Origin: Glaucostegus cemiculus
Taxonomy: Eukaryota
Length of the DNA: 64,000 nt
Assembly: GCA_976551045.1 (NCBI GenBank)
Contig: CDPCPM010000026.1
Span: 14,880,001-14,944,000 of the forward strand
Direction: 5' to 3'
Shown here: positions 12,784 through 23,880 of the stretch, in pieces
Layout of the letters: each line of letters begins with the position of its first letter
Position numbering within the stretch: position 1 is the first letter of the stretch
Translations under genes and position numbers: made by a program
The notes under the pieces: generated by a model
Database searches by the model: none
What the model saw: only the letters and a program-made list of their open reading frames with translations
What the model was told of the DNA's origin: nothing

Positions 12784-14429
12784 TTGCACCAACCTTGGCT
12801 GCATCCCCAATTCAGTGCTGCTTTTATGAACCTGTTCTGCTGTTTTACAACTTCTAGTCCACAGATTCCAACTGTGTTGAGGAATCTTCCTTCTTGAGTG
12901 GAGTATAATTATACAAGCTGAATTTAGACATTCATTTTCTTGCACACTAAAACTTTTGGATCCATTTAAGTTTCATCTCCTAATGCTGCAAATATGGCCA
13001 CAGAAAATGTTGTTTATGCCACTGTAAATTATAAAATAGAATTCATGGACAGTTCAAATATCTATTTCTGAAGTAAAAACTGCAAACTCCAATTATATAG
13101 GGCCAGTGACTACTTTTAATTCAACTTAGTCAAATATTCTGGAAAAGAAATGGTGATATACATCATTTTTGCACATTCTATAAAACTATTACATTGTGAG
13201 CTCCAAATAATCATGTTTTTCAAAGCAGTCTTGATATCATGAAAATCCTTGTTCTTGTTCACAATAACAGATTCCCAAGAGTCCTAAAAGGGATATTCTC
13301 CTTCATAAATAATAAAATAAGAGCAGTCCCCAGAGCATCATATTTCTCATTTCTGCTTGTTTTCTGAGTCCATTTACATTACTTAGTATAATTTGTACCC
13401 AATACAACCCAACTATGGTTAGTAAAGTTGCATCCTGATTACCAAACACTTAAAGGGCAACAAAAATGTGATAATGCTTATTACATGGTAATTCAACATA
13501 TTCTTTGGGGAAAAGAAACCTTAACCAAAATTGGTCCTTACTTATTTATGGAACTTCCAGTATTTTGACAAAACACAATCATTGTCATAATTAGGAGAGA
13601 GGACAACATAGCTTTATTCCAGCTCCCATTTGTAAGGTTATTTTTTTCTTTGCTTCATGGCGCACACTATTACTCAACTCAAAAGGCAAGCTAATAACTC
13701 ACCCTCCTACTCTGCACTATTTCTATTTGGCAAATGGAGGTAAATTTTATCCCATATCCTGGGATAATGCCTCATATTCACATGAAGGCATCCTGCATCC
13801 CAATATTTCCTGTTTTAATTATAATTGGAAAATTAAGGCAAAAAAAGCCAATGGATTATTGCTCTGGGTCAGATACATTACTGGATGTGTGATTGGAATA
13901 GCTGAACACACCAGATTAAATTTCCAAAGCCCTGGTGCCATTTTGTTTCACACAAGAATCACCGCAAATGATATTATCTCCTCAGGCATAATTGAATCAG
14001 ATAGGATTGTGTTGCCTGAAACATGGAGAGGTCACATGGGGGTAATGTCTCAATCCTTCTCCAACACACGATTTACGCCATACCTGTGAAATTGTTGCAC
14101 ATATATGCAAATGGCACTCACTGTAGATTCCACAGAGAAAATTACATCTGAGTGTTAGGCACAAACACCGCAATTGTATTATTTAAATGGATCGTCAGTC
14201 ACACTGTTTTTTGGGGAGGGGAGTTTGGTATTGTTACAGTCAATGGCCCAATGGAGCTGAAGTTATTCAGAGCATTTGAGTTCATTTTGGAGGAGAGGCT
14301 TCTTTTTTGAATTAAGTCTTAAGCAACTTGATCAGAAGTAGGAGGAGAGAAACTCTTTGGTTTTCCTGGCTGGGGACAACGAAAGAAAAGAGAATAGGAG
14401 CCATATTCCTTCATCCACACATATCAACA

Positions 14430-14790
14430 GCAAAGCATTCAGAGTCTAAGACTTTCTGAATCTGTGTGATAGAGCTCCATCGCCTTGTACAGGCCTCCAC
14501 CCCTCCCCCAGAGCTGCACTGTTTTCCTGCACAGGTAAAGATCACACTCTGAATTTCTTCACCTCCTGATCTTTCTAGGTAGTGATGGCTGAGATTTATC
14601 GCATTTACTTTTTGCTGCTTCACCCACCACTGCAGACAGGGTGTTACGGATGCTCCAAACTCCAGTGAGGGGAATTCATCTCTTCTTCTTGAACAAACAT
14701 CCTCCAGCAACATAGGCCAGCCAGGATTGTGCAGACTGTGGATTTCCAAGGATTTAGAAGTGAAAGACTGCTCCCAAGTGGTGTTCATAT
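14430..14790 (-). mobile_element. Possible PIF/Harbinger Myb/SANT-like gene relic
   Basis: ORF segment LLEDVCSRRRDEFP...W...KVNAINLSH loosely resembles the Harbinger-associated Myb-like domain. Confidence 0.3.
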
Positions 14791-15377
14791 TTCATTCCAA
14801 AGCTGTTTATGATCCCAAAAGTCCATCACTTGCTGAACTTACAGAAAATGTGTGACTAATGAAGGAAGAGAAGATCCTGGTCAATATTGTGATTCCAAGA
14901 ACCGCACAGGACTCAGTCACTGGATCAGGTGAACCTTTGGATCCTTGGGTGACATAACCTACATCCTCTGTTCATGGATGCTCAGCGGAGCTCAGGGTCT
15001 GACCATGCTGCAGAATGCGGTCACAGTCATTGCCATGCTGAGGATAGTGGAGCCTGCCAACAGCATAGCTGAGAAGCCTTACTGCCACCTGGAGACCTCA
15101 AGGAGAATCTTGCTGTACTCTGCAGGGTTAGTCACATGCTTTGTTGTCATGGTGAAGGGAAGGGATGGGGAAGGCTAAACTATATGAATTTTGAAAGGCA
15201 GAAGAAATTGTGGGCTGAGGGCAGAGTAGATGCGAGAAGAAAAACTGCTGTTGATGATCTTAACTCTGACCCTCTAGTGCCATTGGCTAAGCTTAGGATG
15301 GTGAGCACTCTACCCTACAGGTGACAGTCAGTGGTATACCAGGGCCTCCCACTAGCCCACTGCTACAGCCTGCAACT

Positions 15378-15623
15378 AAACACAATCTCCTGGAAGAAAT
15401 CAATGGGTCAGGCTGAAACTACAGAGGGAAATGGACAGTTGATGCTTTACGTTGAGACCCTTCATCTGGACTGGAGATTCAGCTGACGCAGTCCAGATGA
15501 AGGGTCTCAACCTGAAATCTCAACAGTCCATTTCCCTTCATAGATGCTGCCTGACCCACTGAGTTCCTCCAGCAGAATGTTGTCACTCCAGGTTCCAACA
15601 TCTGCAGTCTCTTGTGTCTCCAC
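15378..15623. mobile_element. Palindromic Penelope-derived element with two opposed hammerhead-like motifs
   Basis: Perfect 22-bp inverted core at 15452-15473 and 15489-15510 around a 15-nt spacer; arms ~90 bp; degenerate 16-bp flanking repeat at 15362-15377 and 15624-15639. Confidence 0.85.
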
Positions 15624-16114
15624 GCTGCAGTCTGCAGTTGTGTTGCATCCTCTCTTGAATGGGAGGGGTGAGAGTGCAAGGGAGTGTGTTGGAATAGCTG
15701 GAAGGGAGTAAGGCTTGAAATGCATGTCTGAGTGTTGGTGTAGTGTCAAGTATGAGAGGGCCACGCAGCTGTTAGTAAATTGGAATTATTGCTGTTTCCA
15801 CTGACCATAACCTGACGTGAGAGTAACCTCTCTGCCTGGTTTAAACATGAATCTCTCTGTACACTTCTTCTTACTGCCACTTCACTTAGGCATATGCTGG
15901 CTTGCTGCCTTCCTGTGCTGCAAGATATCTTTTCAGGAGTCCAGCACGTTCATTGGGAACTTCAGGCCATCTTTGGTAAAATGGACAGGCTTTTCTTAGG
16001 TCTCCATTGTCATCTTTTCCTGTGCTTCTCCAGCTATGCACTTGCTAAATCCTGCAATATTTGGATTCAGTGCTCAGCTCTGCCCTAAAAGGTGTAGGCA
16101 TGATATCGATTACT

Positions 16115-16320
16115 GCTGAGACTCTTCAACTAGACTGAAAGAGTAGAGAAGAGATAGCCAGTATAAAGAGGTGAGGGGCAGCGGTGGAGCAAGAGCTGGC
16201 AAGGGATAGGTGAGGATTGGCAAATGGAATCAGGTGGGTGAGGGAAGCATGGAGATATTAACAGAGGCTGAGAGGTGATAAATGGAGGGCTGCAGACCAT
16301 GGAATCTGATAAGAGGGAAA
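16115..16320 (-). mobile_element. Penelope-like 3' region fragment
   Basis: gagactcttcaactagactgaaagagtagagaagagatagccagtataaagaggtgagggg is antisense to the pyrimidine-rich region and hammerhead start seen at ~19200-19320. Confidence 0.6.
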
Positions 16321-17129
16321 AGTTAAAATATAACTTGATTTAAAATATAATTAACTGATATGAATTTAAAAACATTAATGTTAATTAAATAAAAAAAAAC
16401 TTTTGCCATCTAAATGCCTTTAATCTGCCAGCCACGGCAGGTGTAATGCAGGGGCCTGAATACAGAACATATCTGGCCCCTCAACTCTGTATGGTTGCTC
16501 TACACCCACTGAGTCAAGTAGTGGAACAGCAGGTCACACAGATTGGTGGGATCCGTCCTTCCTCACTGCAGTGCACAAGAGTGCAAGTCAGAGAAGTACT
16601 GACCCTAGGAAACACTGTTAGTCAGCGACTCTCTCAGGAGTTACTGACTGTTGAGGGGCACAGGGAGGTCCAGACATGGCCTTGTTTCCCTGAATTCTCT
16701 TTGCACATGTGAATTTCTGTGCCTCCTGCCCTGCTGTCGGTGACTGGTGTCACCTGTGATATTTAGACCAAAGCTCCCATTAAAATAGTGCTGCGAGTGG
16801 CATAGCCACTGAGGCAAGGTAGGCTGAGTAGTCCAGTTATATCCAGTTTCTAGCAAGTGTGCTTTAGTCCAGCTAACTTCAGTAAATTTATACCTTCACC
16901 AATCCCAGTTCAGGCCTTAGCTCATAACACATAGTCTAATGACTTTTCAGCCATGCAGAAATTCTGTGGACAGAGCAGTTATATTTTAATACAGAAAGAT
17001 CATAAGAGATCTAATTTATCATAAATTCCTGAGACATATATATATCCTTTATCTCTTATTGGCACAGTTAGTACATCTGTTTGTGGGTGTTTTTTCACCC
17101 ATTTACTTCACTCATCTATGGCTTGATGT

Positions 17130-17440
17130 GTTTGAGAACCTTATGATCCTTATACAAGCATTAGCATGTTTCTAACGTCAACAAAAACTGAAAATTCTTC
17201 ACCCGGATGTGATGATCTTGTGGAATTCTCGACAACAGAAAGCAGCTGAATCCAAATCATTAATTATGTTCAAGAAAGGCAAATGTTCAAGATATAGTTC
17301 CTGGGGCTGAGGGCGTCAAGAGATATAGGGAGATAGCAGAAACAAGGTACTGAATTTGAGTGATCAGCCATGATCGTACTGAACAGCAGAGCAGGCTTGA
17401 AGGGCCAAATGGCCAACTCTGCTCCTAACTTCTATGTTCC
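17130..17440 (+). mobile_element. CR1-type LINE 3' fragment
   Basis: ttcttcacccggatgtgatgatcttgtggaattctc...gatcagccatgatcgtactgaacagcagagcaggcttgaagggccaaatggccaactctgctcctaacttctatgtt. Confidence 0.8.
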
Positions 17441-18324
17441 TAAACATCCCATGGGAAATATATATGTATTTTCTAATTTTATATTTGGCTTAGTCTGACT
17501 AATTAGTACAAGGCACTTGGATTTTACAAAGCTTTTAATTTAATTGGTTGAAAAGTACAAACTACTTTGAATATATTTTAGAAATAATAATGTGGTTTTG
17601 TCTGTGATTAGTTTTACGGCAAGAAAAGAATGCTTAGAAGACAGTTAGCACTGTTACCAATTAAAAATTACTCTAAATGTCAAAACCTTTTGAGATTTCA
17701 CAAATAGAATATGAGGGGTGGTTTTTCCATGTTCGCTTGCCAAGCACATGTGAAAACCCCAGATCAGGAAATTTCATATCCTAACCCGATAGATTTTGAT
17801 ACATACATCTGAGTACTTAGAAACTTTGAAGTCGAATAAAACTTCTGTGTTCTCAGCAAGGGGCCTTGTACTGGAGCAGACTGCATTGATATGTTGAAAA
17901 TGTAAACCCAAGTCTCATCTTTAAGACATAAGTCCTTCTCTCCTACTTGAGTCTTTTCAAAATAGTATTTATTAAGATTTTCAATGTAAAAAAACATAGC
18001 AAATGTCAAAGCTCTATTCTGCGATTAGCCTACCATCTATCACCATTGTGTGGTTTCAGCAAAAGGTGCAAATCTATTTCAAAGCTTATCTGTGATGTTG
18101 ACTGCTGTTTTTTATGTCTTGGGTTCCATGCATTTCCTGGGATTCTTCTACAGGTAGTGGCAATCTAATGGAGGTAGACTTCAATTAATATTATTGTCTT
18201 CAATCTCTAATGGTTCCTCATGCCCCATTATTTCAAATGCAATGCTCTCCTCCCAGCTGTGGTCCTGTCCCAAACTACCTTGATGTTTTTCCTGTCTTTA
18301 CCTTCCTTGCTGCCTTATATTCAT

Positions 18325-18715
18325 GTCCAAGAGCTTGATAGGCTAGAAGCAAGGAAGATGTTTTCCTTAGCTGGGTGGGGTGGAAGGGAGGAGGGATGGG
18401 GTAGGAAGGAGGTGAGGGGAGGAGATGCAGTGTTGAGGAGAAGAGGGTAAGACATTGAAAACTGAGACGAGGGGAAACGTCTGCATTCAGAGGCTGGTGA
18501 ATGTGTAAAATTCTCTATGATTGAAGGCTGTGAAGGCCAATCCATAGAATATATTCAAGAGAGAGGATAATAACTTTTGTAGATGCAAGAGGCATTAAAG
18601 GCTATGGGGAGAGAGAACAGGAACGTGATGTTGAAATAGAGGGTCAGCTATGATTGTCTTGAACACTAGAACAGCCTCAAAGGCTGACTACTGCTCCTAT
18701 TTTTCTATGTTCTCT
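18325..18715 (+). mobile_element. CR1-type LINE 3' fragment
   Basis: LDRLEARKMFSL remnant, then a CR1-type 3' UTR ending ctactgctcctatttttctatgttct. Confidence 0.75.
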
Positions 18716-18744
18716 TCCACGTTCTACCTCTGTAACACTGCTTT

Positions 18745-19440
18745 AAGAACAACACCTAATATTTCACCAGGGCAGTCGACAACCCAATGGTCCAAATGTT
18801 GAATTTTCCAGTTTTAGGTAACCCACACCCTCTGTGTTCCTTTGCCACTCCCACGGGTCCACCTTGGTCCTCTCTCTCTTTGCTCATGTATTTGATCCCC
18901 TTCTGCCCGTTAATTAGATTCATCACCCTCCCCTACCTGGTTTTATCTGCCATTACCCACACACCTATCCACCTGGCTATCCTCTCCCTTGGCCTACCTT
19001 TCCCAGGCCTCCCCCATCTGATGGTTTCATCTGCCCATCATCCCTTTTTTATCTGGTTCCATTTATCACCATTTAGCCTCTTTCTCTTTCTCCCCCATCC
19101 ACTCACCCCACCTGGCTCTCTCTGCCCATATTTTTTCCTGATCAGTTTCTATCAATTGCACATCAGCCTCTGTCTCAAAACTCCATCACATGGCTCCATC
19201 TACCCGTTATCCCCCACCTCAACTGCTTCACCAATCACCTGCCAGCCTCTGTCTCACCCCCTCCCCCACATTTCTATATATTGACTATGTTTCCCCTACA
19301 CTCTCAGTCCTGATACAGGGCCTGGACCTGAAACATTGACTATCCCTTTGCTTCCACAGACGCTGCTTGACCTGCTAAATTCATATAGCAGTTTGTTTTT
19401 CACTCTAGATTCCAGCATCTGCAGTCTCTTGTGACTCCAC
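18745..19440 (+). mobile_element. 5'-truncated Penelope-like element (endonuclease C-terminus, 3' region, hammerhead motif)
   Basis: 18747-18821 encodes EQHLIFHQGSRQPNGPNVEFSSFR*, like the E..LI..L.TL.P.GLN end of PLE GIY-YIG ORFs; then a pyrimidine-rich region, CAGTC-CTGATAC-AGGGCCTGGACCT-GAAA-CATT-GACT at 19305-19341 and terminal ccagcatctgcagtctcttgtgactccac. Confidence 0.8.
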
Positions 19441-21169
19441 ATTGTTTCTTTCTTTTTGCTTACTAAGCTCCACCATTATCAAACACTTTGCACCTGATCT
19501 ATATGAATTTTATTAAAATATCACTCCCTTCCTATTCCCTTAGCTTCTTGCAAAAAAAACCCTTTAAACATCCTCCTATTTAACTGTAGCTTGGAATCCC
19601 CAAATGATCCTTGATTTCACAGTCTCCCCATGGTCAGTGTCTATATTTTCCTTTCCTTCCTACTGAAAAGCTAACTAAGAGGTCCACCTGAAGAATCAAG
19701 ATTTTGGTGTACTTAAATCTCATTATGAAAAACAAACAAAATATATGAAGCAAAATGGAAAAATAATTTATAGCAGTGAATATTTCTTTGAACCTTGAAA
19801 AATAAAACTGAGAATTAAACTGTGTAGACTGGATGTTGTACATCTGATAGATAGGACCAGCATCCATTGTTTCAGAGCAGTGATGTATTTAGCTTTTTCA
19901 TCCAGGCTTTATGTAAATTAATCATAAAATAAAGATACAAATTGAATATCAAATTAAAATAAATAGGCTTTCAGACGTGAATCAGTAAATACACTGCAGT
20001 TCTATCCACAATCAGTATTCATGAGTCAAAATAAAATCTTTAAGAAATATCTAAATGGTCTTACAATCTCAAAAAGCATTTCAATTGATGACATGTTAGA
20101 TAATATCTGACTAATTGGTAAAAAAATGAAGCACTTTCATAATTAGATTTATTTTAAAATGTGTGAACTGAAAGCAGTCTGGTTGCTCTTTATCTTGAAT
20201 TGTTTTATATTTTAATGATTTGAAAATATGGGAAAACATGGAATACCAAAAGACCACTAATCTTATCACAAATTGTACATTCTATTTAGTCTCCAGAAGG
20301 AATTTTCTGTAAAACCTATTCTTTTCTGAGATAGGCAAGCAAGAGTCCACTATATCCATCTTCAACTATATTCAGATCTGGCCATTTTCTTTCAATAGAT
20401 GACACTTAAATAGTCTTTATAACCTTAAAACTAACATGTTCCATGCAATTTTGATCATATTTATCTGTCTTTATCAGGTAACTTCAAAATGATTTCTAAT
20501 CCAATATCTATCCAACTCTGTTGTTGATCTAGCAATTTAGAGGGATAAAGCAGTCATTAAATCTTTTAAGGATTGTTAAGTTTATGTTTGTATGCCAACA
20601 AATATAATAAAATAGCTTTCTTCTTTTTATGTAATATTCTATGATTCTGCATAAGCTATACTTCACAGAATTTTAAGGAAATGAACCATCTCCCTACTCA
20701 ATCTTCTTTGCAGTCACATCCAAGCACTGTTGTGGGAGCATAATACCTTAAACCAGAACCAATCTGGTCACTTTTCTCTACAATCTTCTCTAATGCATCT
20801 TTGTTCTGATCAACATTTCAATGTTCTTTAGACCAGAGTGAGCCCAGTATTGACTGGAGTAATCCAAAATTAAGTTCTACATGGTAATGGCATGTTCACT
20901 CAACTATATTCATATTATACCCCTGAACTTTGATCTGTACTGTTATTAACAGCTTAATCTTGATTGGAAAATTTAAGTTATTTATTACCCTCCAGCCTTA
21001 TTTATTCTTTATTTATGTGTACAAATACTTTGTATTTCCATTTCCAATTTACATTATTCTGAGGAACCATCAAATCTTTCTAAATTGATTTACTTACTTG
21101 GTCTTAAACATGTAATTAAAAGGGTAGTGTAAATTAGGGATCAAAAGGGACATGTAGTCACTTAGCTGT

Positions 21170-21360
21170 GGCACCAAATGCATATGTTACATTCACATTC
21201 ACCAAGATGAAACAGATGATATAGTCACAGTAAATGAGATGTTGGAGTCGTCAATAATTGGCAATGAGGAGTTATTAATAAGGCTGGTTCTACTTAAAAT
21301 TAACAATGGGATGGGAAGTGTCTAAGATTACTGAGGTAGAGTGGAAATTGCTGAGATCCA
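21170..21360 (+). mobile_element. Old CR1 ORF2 internal fragment
   Basis: IIGNEELLIRLVLLKINN..G...RLLR...VEIAE resembles the CR1 region before the RT domain. Confidence 0.45.
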
Positions 21361-21789
21361 CAAAGGGAAGTATATGGAAGGTTAAGTGCACTGTTCTCTC
21401 AGAGAGCTGATGCAAACATGAAGGATGATGTATTTCTTTCTGTATTGTTTCTATGATTTCCCCAAACCTATAAAGCACTTCTATTCTACTTTATATTTGA
21501 CAATATTCATAGTATATTATCACAGATTTTTAATATTAAGGAAGTTCTTTTAATGGCTGAAAAGCAAAGAGTGCAGGGCAGACCAAGTTGGATTCTACTT
21601 ATAACTGCCTCCTGACAGAGATGTTTGCATCTATCACTGAAATTTTTCTGGTGCCAAACCAATTGTCAGTTTAGCTTCTTGTCTTGATTGAATGTACCAG
21701 TGAGAGTACAATTGCTAATTTTTCTAGATTGTCTTCTTCTGTTTTCTCTTGACCTTTTAGGGCAAGAATGTCAACATCATTATCCAGCA

Positions 21790-22300
21790 ATCTCCAAGTA
21801 GAAAATCTTTTCTTCCAGCACTGCTGACAAAATTTCAACTTTATGAATGTTGTTGAGTAGGTTACGACTTTTAGGTAGCTTCCAAATCCAAAAGTGAGAT
21901 CAGGCCAGCCATTCCATGGGAAGAAAGACCACCAAGGTTTTAAGGCCAAAGCCTCATCTGGATGCACTGAACTTCCACGGACAACACGGTGACTTTGGGT
22001 CACAGGACCATCAGCTGAATGAAACACCAGCACCTGCTGCAGCTAGCCCCATGAATAATGGCTGGGTCTGGGCTGATGGTAGAGATGACTCTGTCACCAG
22101 AGTCTTGAGATATTGTTGCATGAAGTAAGAGAGGTCACACACTATTTCAACTCCTTCTATCACCAGTGGAACTGGTTAGAAGGTCCTCAGTGGAAATTAG
22201 AAGTAATCAGACACTTCAGCAGCCCAACTGTATGTTCTGCTGACATCCATTTTTCTGAAGTAACAGGCCAGCAGATCACCAATCTGTGCTTGACAGCCAT
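21790..22300 (-). mobile_element. Possible PIF/Harbinger relic
   Basis: Minus-strand QQCWKKRF (Myb-like QCRKKF) near 21820 and AEHTVGLLK (transposase IEQTIGLLK-like) near 22235; very decayed. Confidence 0.3.
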
Positions 22301-23699
22301 TACTCACCCATTAATCCAGGTTTAGCAGGGTACAATTGGCCTCTTCTGCTGCAGTCCAGCTCACTTAATGTTGCCCATTGCAACCATCCCTTATAAATAA
22401 GCTATTTCTTCCTGTTGCTATTGTCTGGAATTACTTTCCAACATACATCTGTTCACAGCCTACTCTCCACCATTGTTTATCTGCCATCAGTTGCTTTGTA
22501 ACTGAAAATGCTGCTCACTGTTGTATTTCTTGACATTACCAAGAGCTATGGGAGTCTGCCTTAAATCACTACAAAGTCTTTTTCTAATCATTTTAGGACA
22601 GGTGATGCTCCTACCAGGGCTCAGTTAATGTTTCCAGGTGGCCCAGGTCCTATGACCTGAAACCATCATAACTAGTAACAGGGTATCATTTAATCAATTG
22701 ATTTTGGTTGCTGCCTTCATTGAATAATCTGTTAGCAATAGACTTAAGGTTGCTATTAAACAGATGTTTCTGTGCATAAATACTGATGGTCAATTTGTTT
22801 GCTATATGCTTACTGATTTTATTTCCAAGACTTTTTCCCTTCTCAAAATTGAATTGACTATTTGCAAAGTTATCCACCTACGCACTGATTTTTTAGTACC
22901 ATGTGACAGGAAAAGCAACATTGGGGTCAAAAACAATGCTCAGAATCTACCATCCACACATATTATAATAAAAACTGATAATTAAACAAGTGCCTTGCTT
23001 TTGATCACATATTAAATCAAATTCTGCCTAATTGGACTGATGATTTGTGCATCATCAAAATTAGACTTATATAGTATCTCAAACAGCAGATGATTTTCTG
23101 CTGAAAAGATTATCATGTTGCATTTCTCTAAATACTAATAGTGTAACTTGGTGTAAGGTCACCTTAAGTGCACTGTTGCTGAACACAGCTGCCTTTCTGG
23201 AGTCAACTTAATTGAGATATTGTGGCTGAACTGCAGACTCAAGTCACACCTGGGATTCATCCATTAGGCAAAGGGAATTTGTGTGCTATTGTGGTTAATA
23301 AAGGCCTGCATTAGCTTAACAAGACATTAGTGCTTTTATCAGTAAATGGAAATATAACCTAACTGTGAAACCCCAGCAGTATCAATGAACAATGAAAGTA
23401 GTGACACTGTACCACATTCTTTGTACAAAACAATGGAAATGTTAAATAAATCATATTTAGCTGTGCAGTGAGGTCTTCCCTCCAGTAGATGTTCACCATG
23501 TTCCAATGAAATTTCATTCAGGATCCTTTGCAGGTTGTGAACAAACAATGCCTATATTAATTGTTTTGTTTCAAGGACCTCACTGAGGAACAGAATTTTT
23601 CCTCACAGGCTTGCCAGATGTGGTAAGTTAGTGAGTTACACTAAATTATAGCCAACTTTAGCTCAGGTTTGCAGGACATAAGCCACATCTTAACAACCA

Positions 23700-23880
23700 A
23701 AGAGCCTTACATTGAGTTCAAAGTGTCCTCTCCTCAACTTGTCCTAAAGACAATAGTTAAAAATACATTCCACCATTTTTGCATTATCTCATCGCATCCT
23801 GATTTCCTAACCAAAGTTGGCCTTGACAATACATTCGATCAACTATTGCAGCAGAATGTGGTTCTTATCATCGTATCCAC
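23700..23880 (+). mobile_element. Possible L2 LINE fragment
   Basis: LKTIVKNTFHHFCIIS...QLLQQN resembles the L2 segment ITKTAYFHLRNIA...LQLIQN. Confidence 0.35.

Noticed and set aside
13727-14089. 120-aa ORF as a host exon
   Set aside because: Non-ATG start, no recognisable domain, no convincing splice context
18373-18401. G-quadruplex-type motif gggtggggtggaagggaggagggatgggg
   Set aside because: Low-complexity purine expansion inside a dead CR1; no functional context
18787-19284. 165-aa ORF
   Set aside because: Low-complexity P/L/S/H translation of the pyrimidine-rich PLE 3' region; not a gene
23596-23628. Possible 14-nt microexon (ttttcctcacag|gcttgccagatgtg|gtaagt)
   Set aside because: Good-looking splice signals, but frame-shifting length and no partner exons; expected by chance without RNA-seq support
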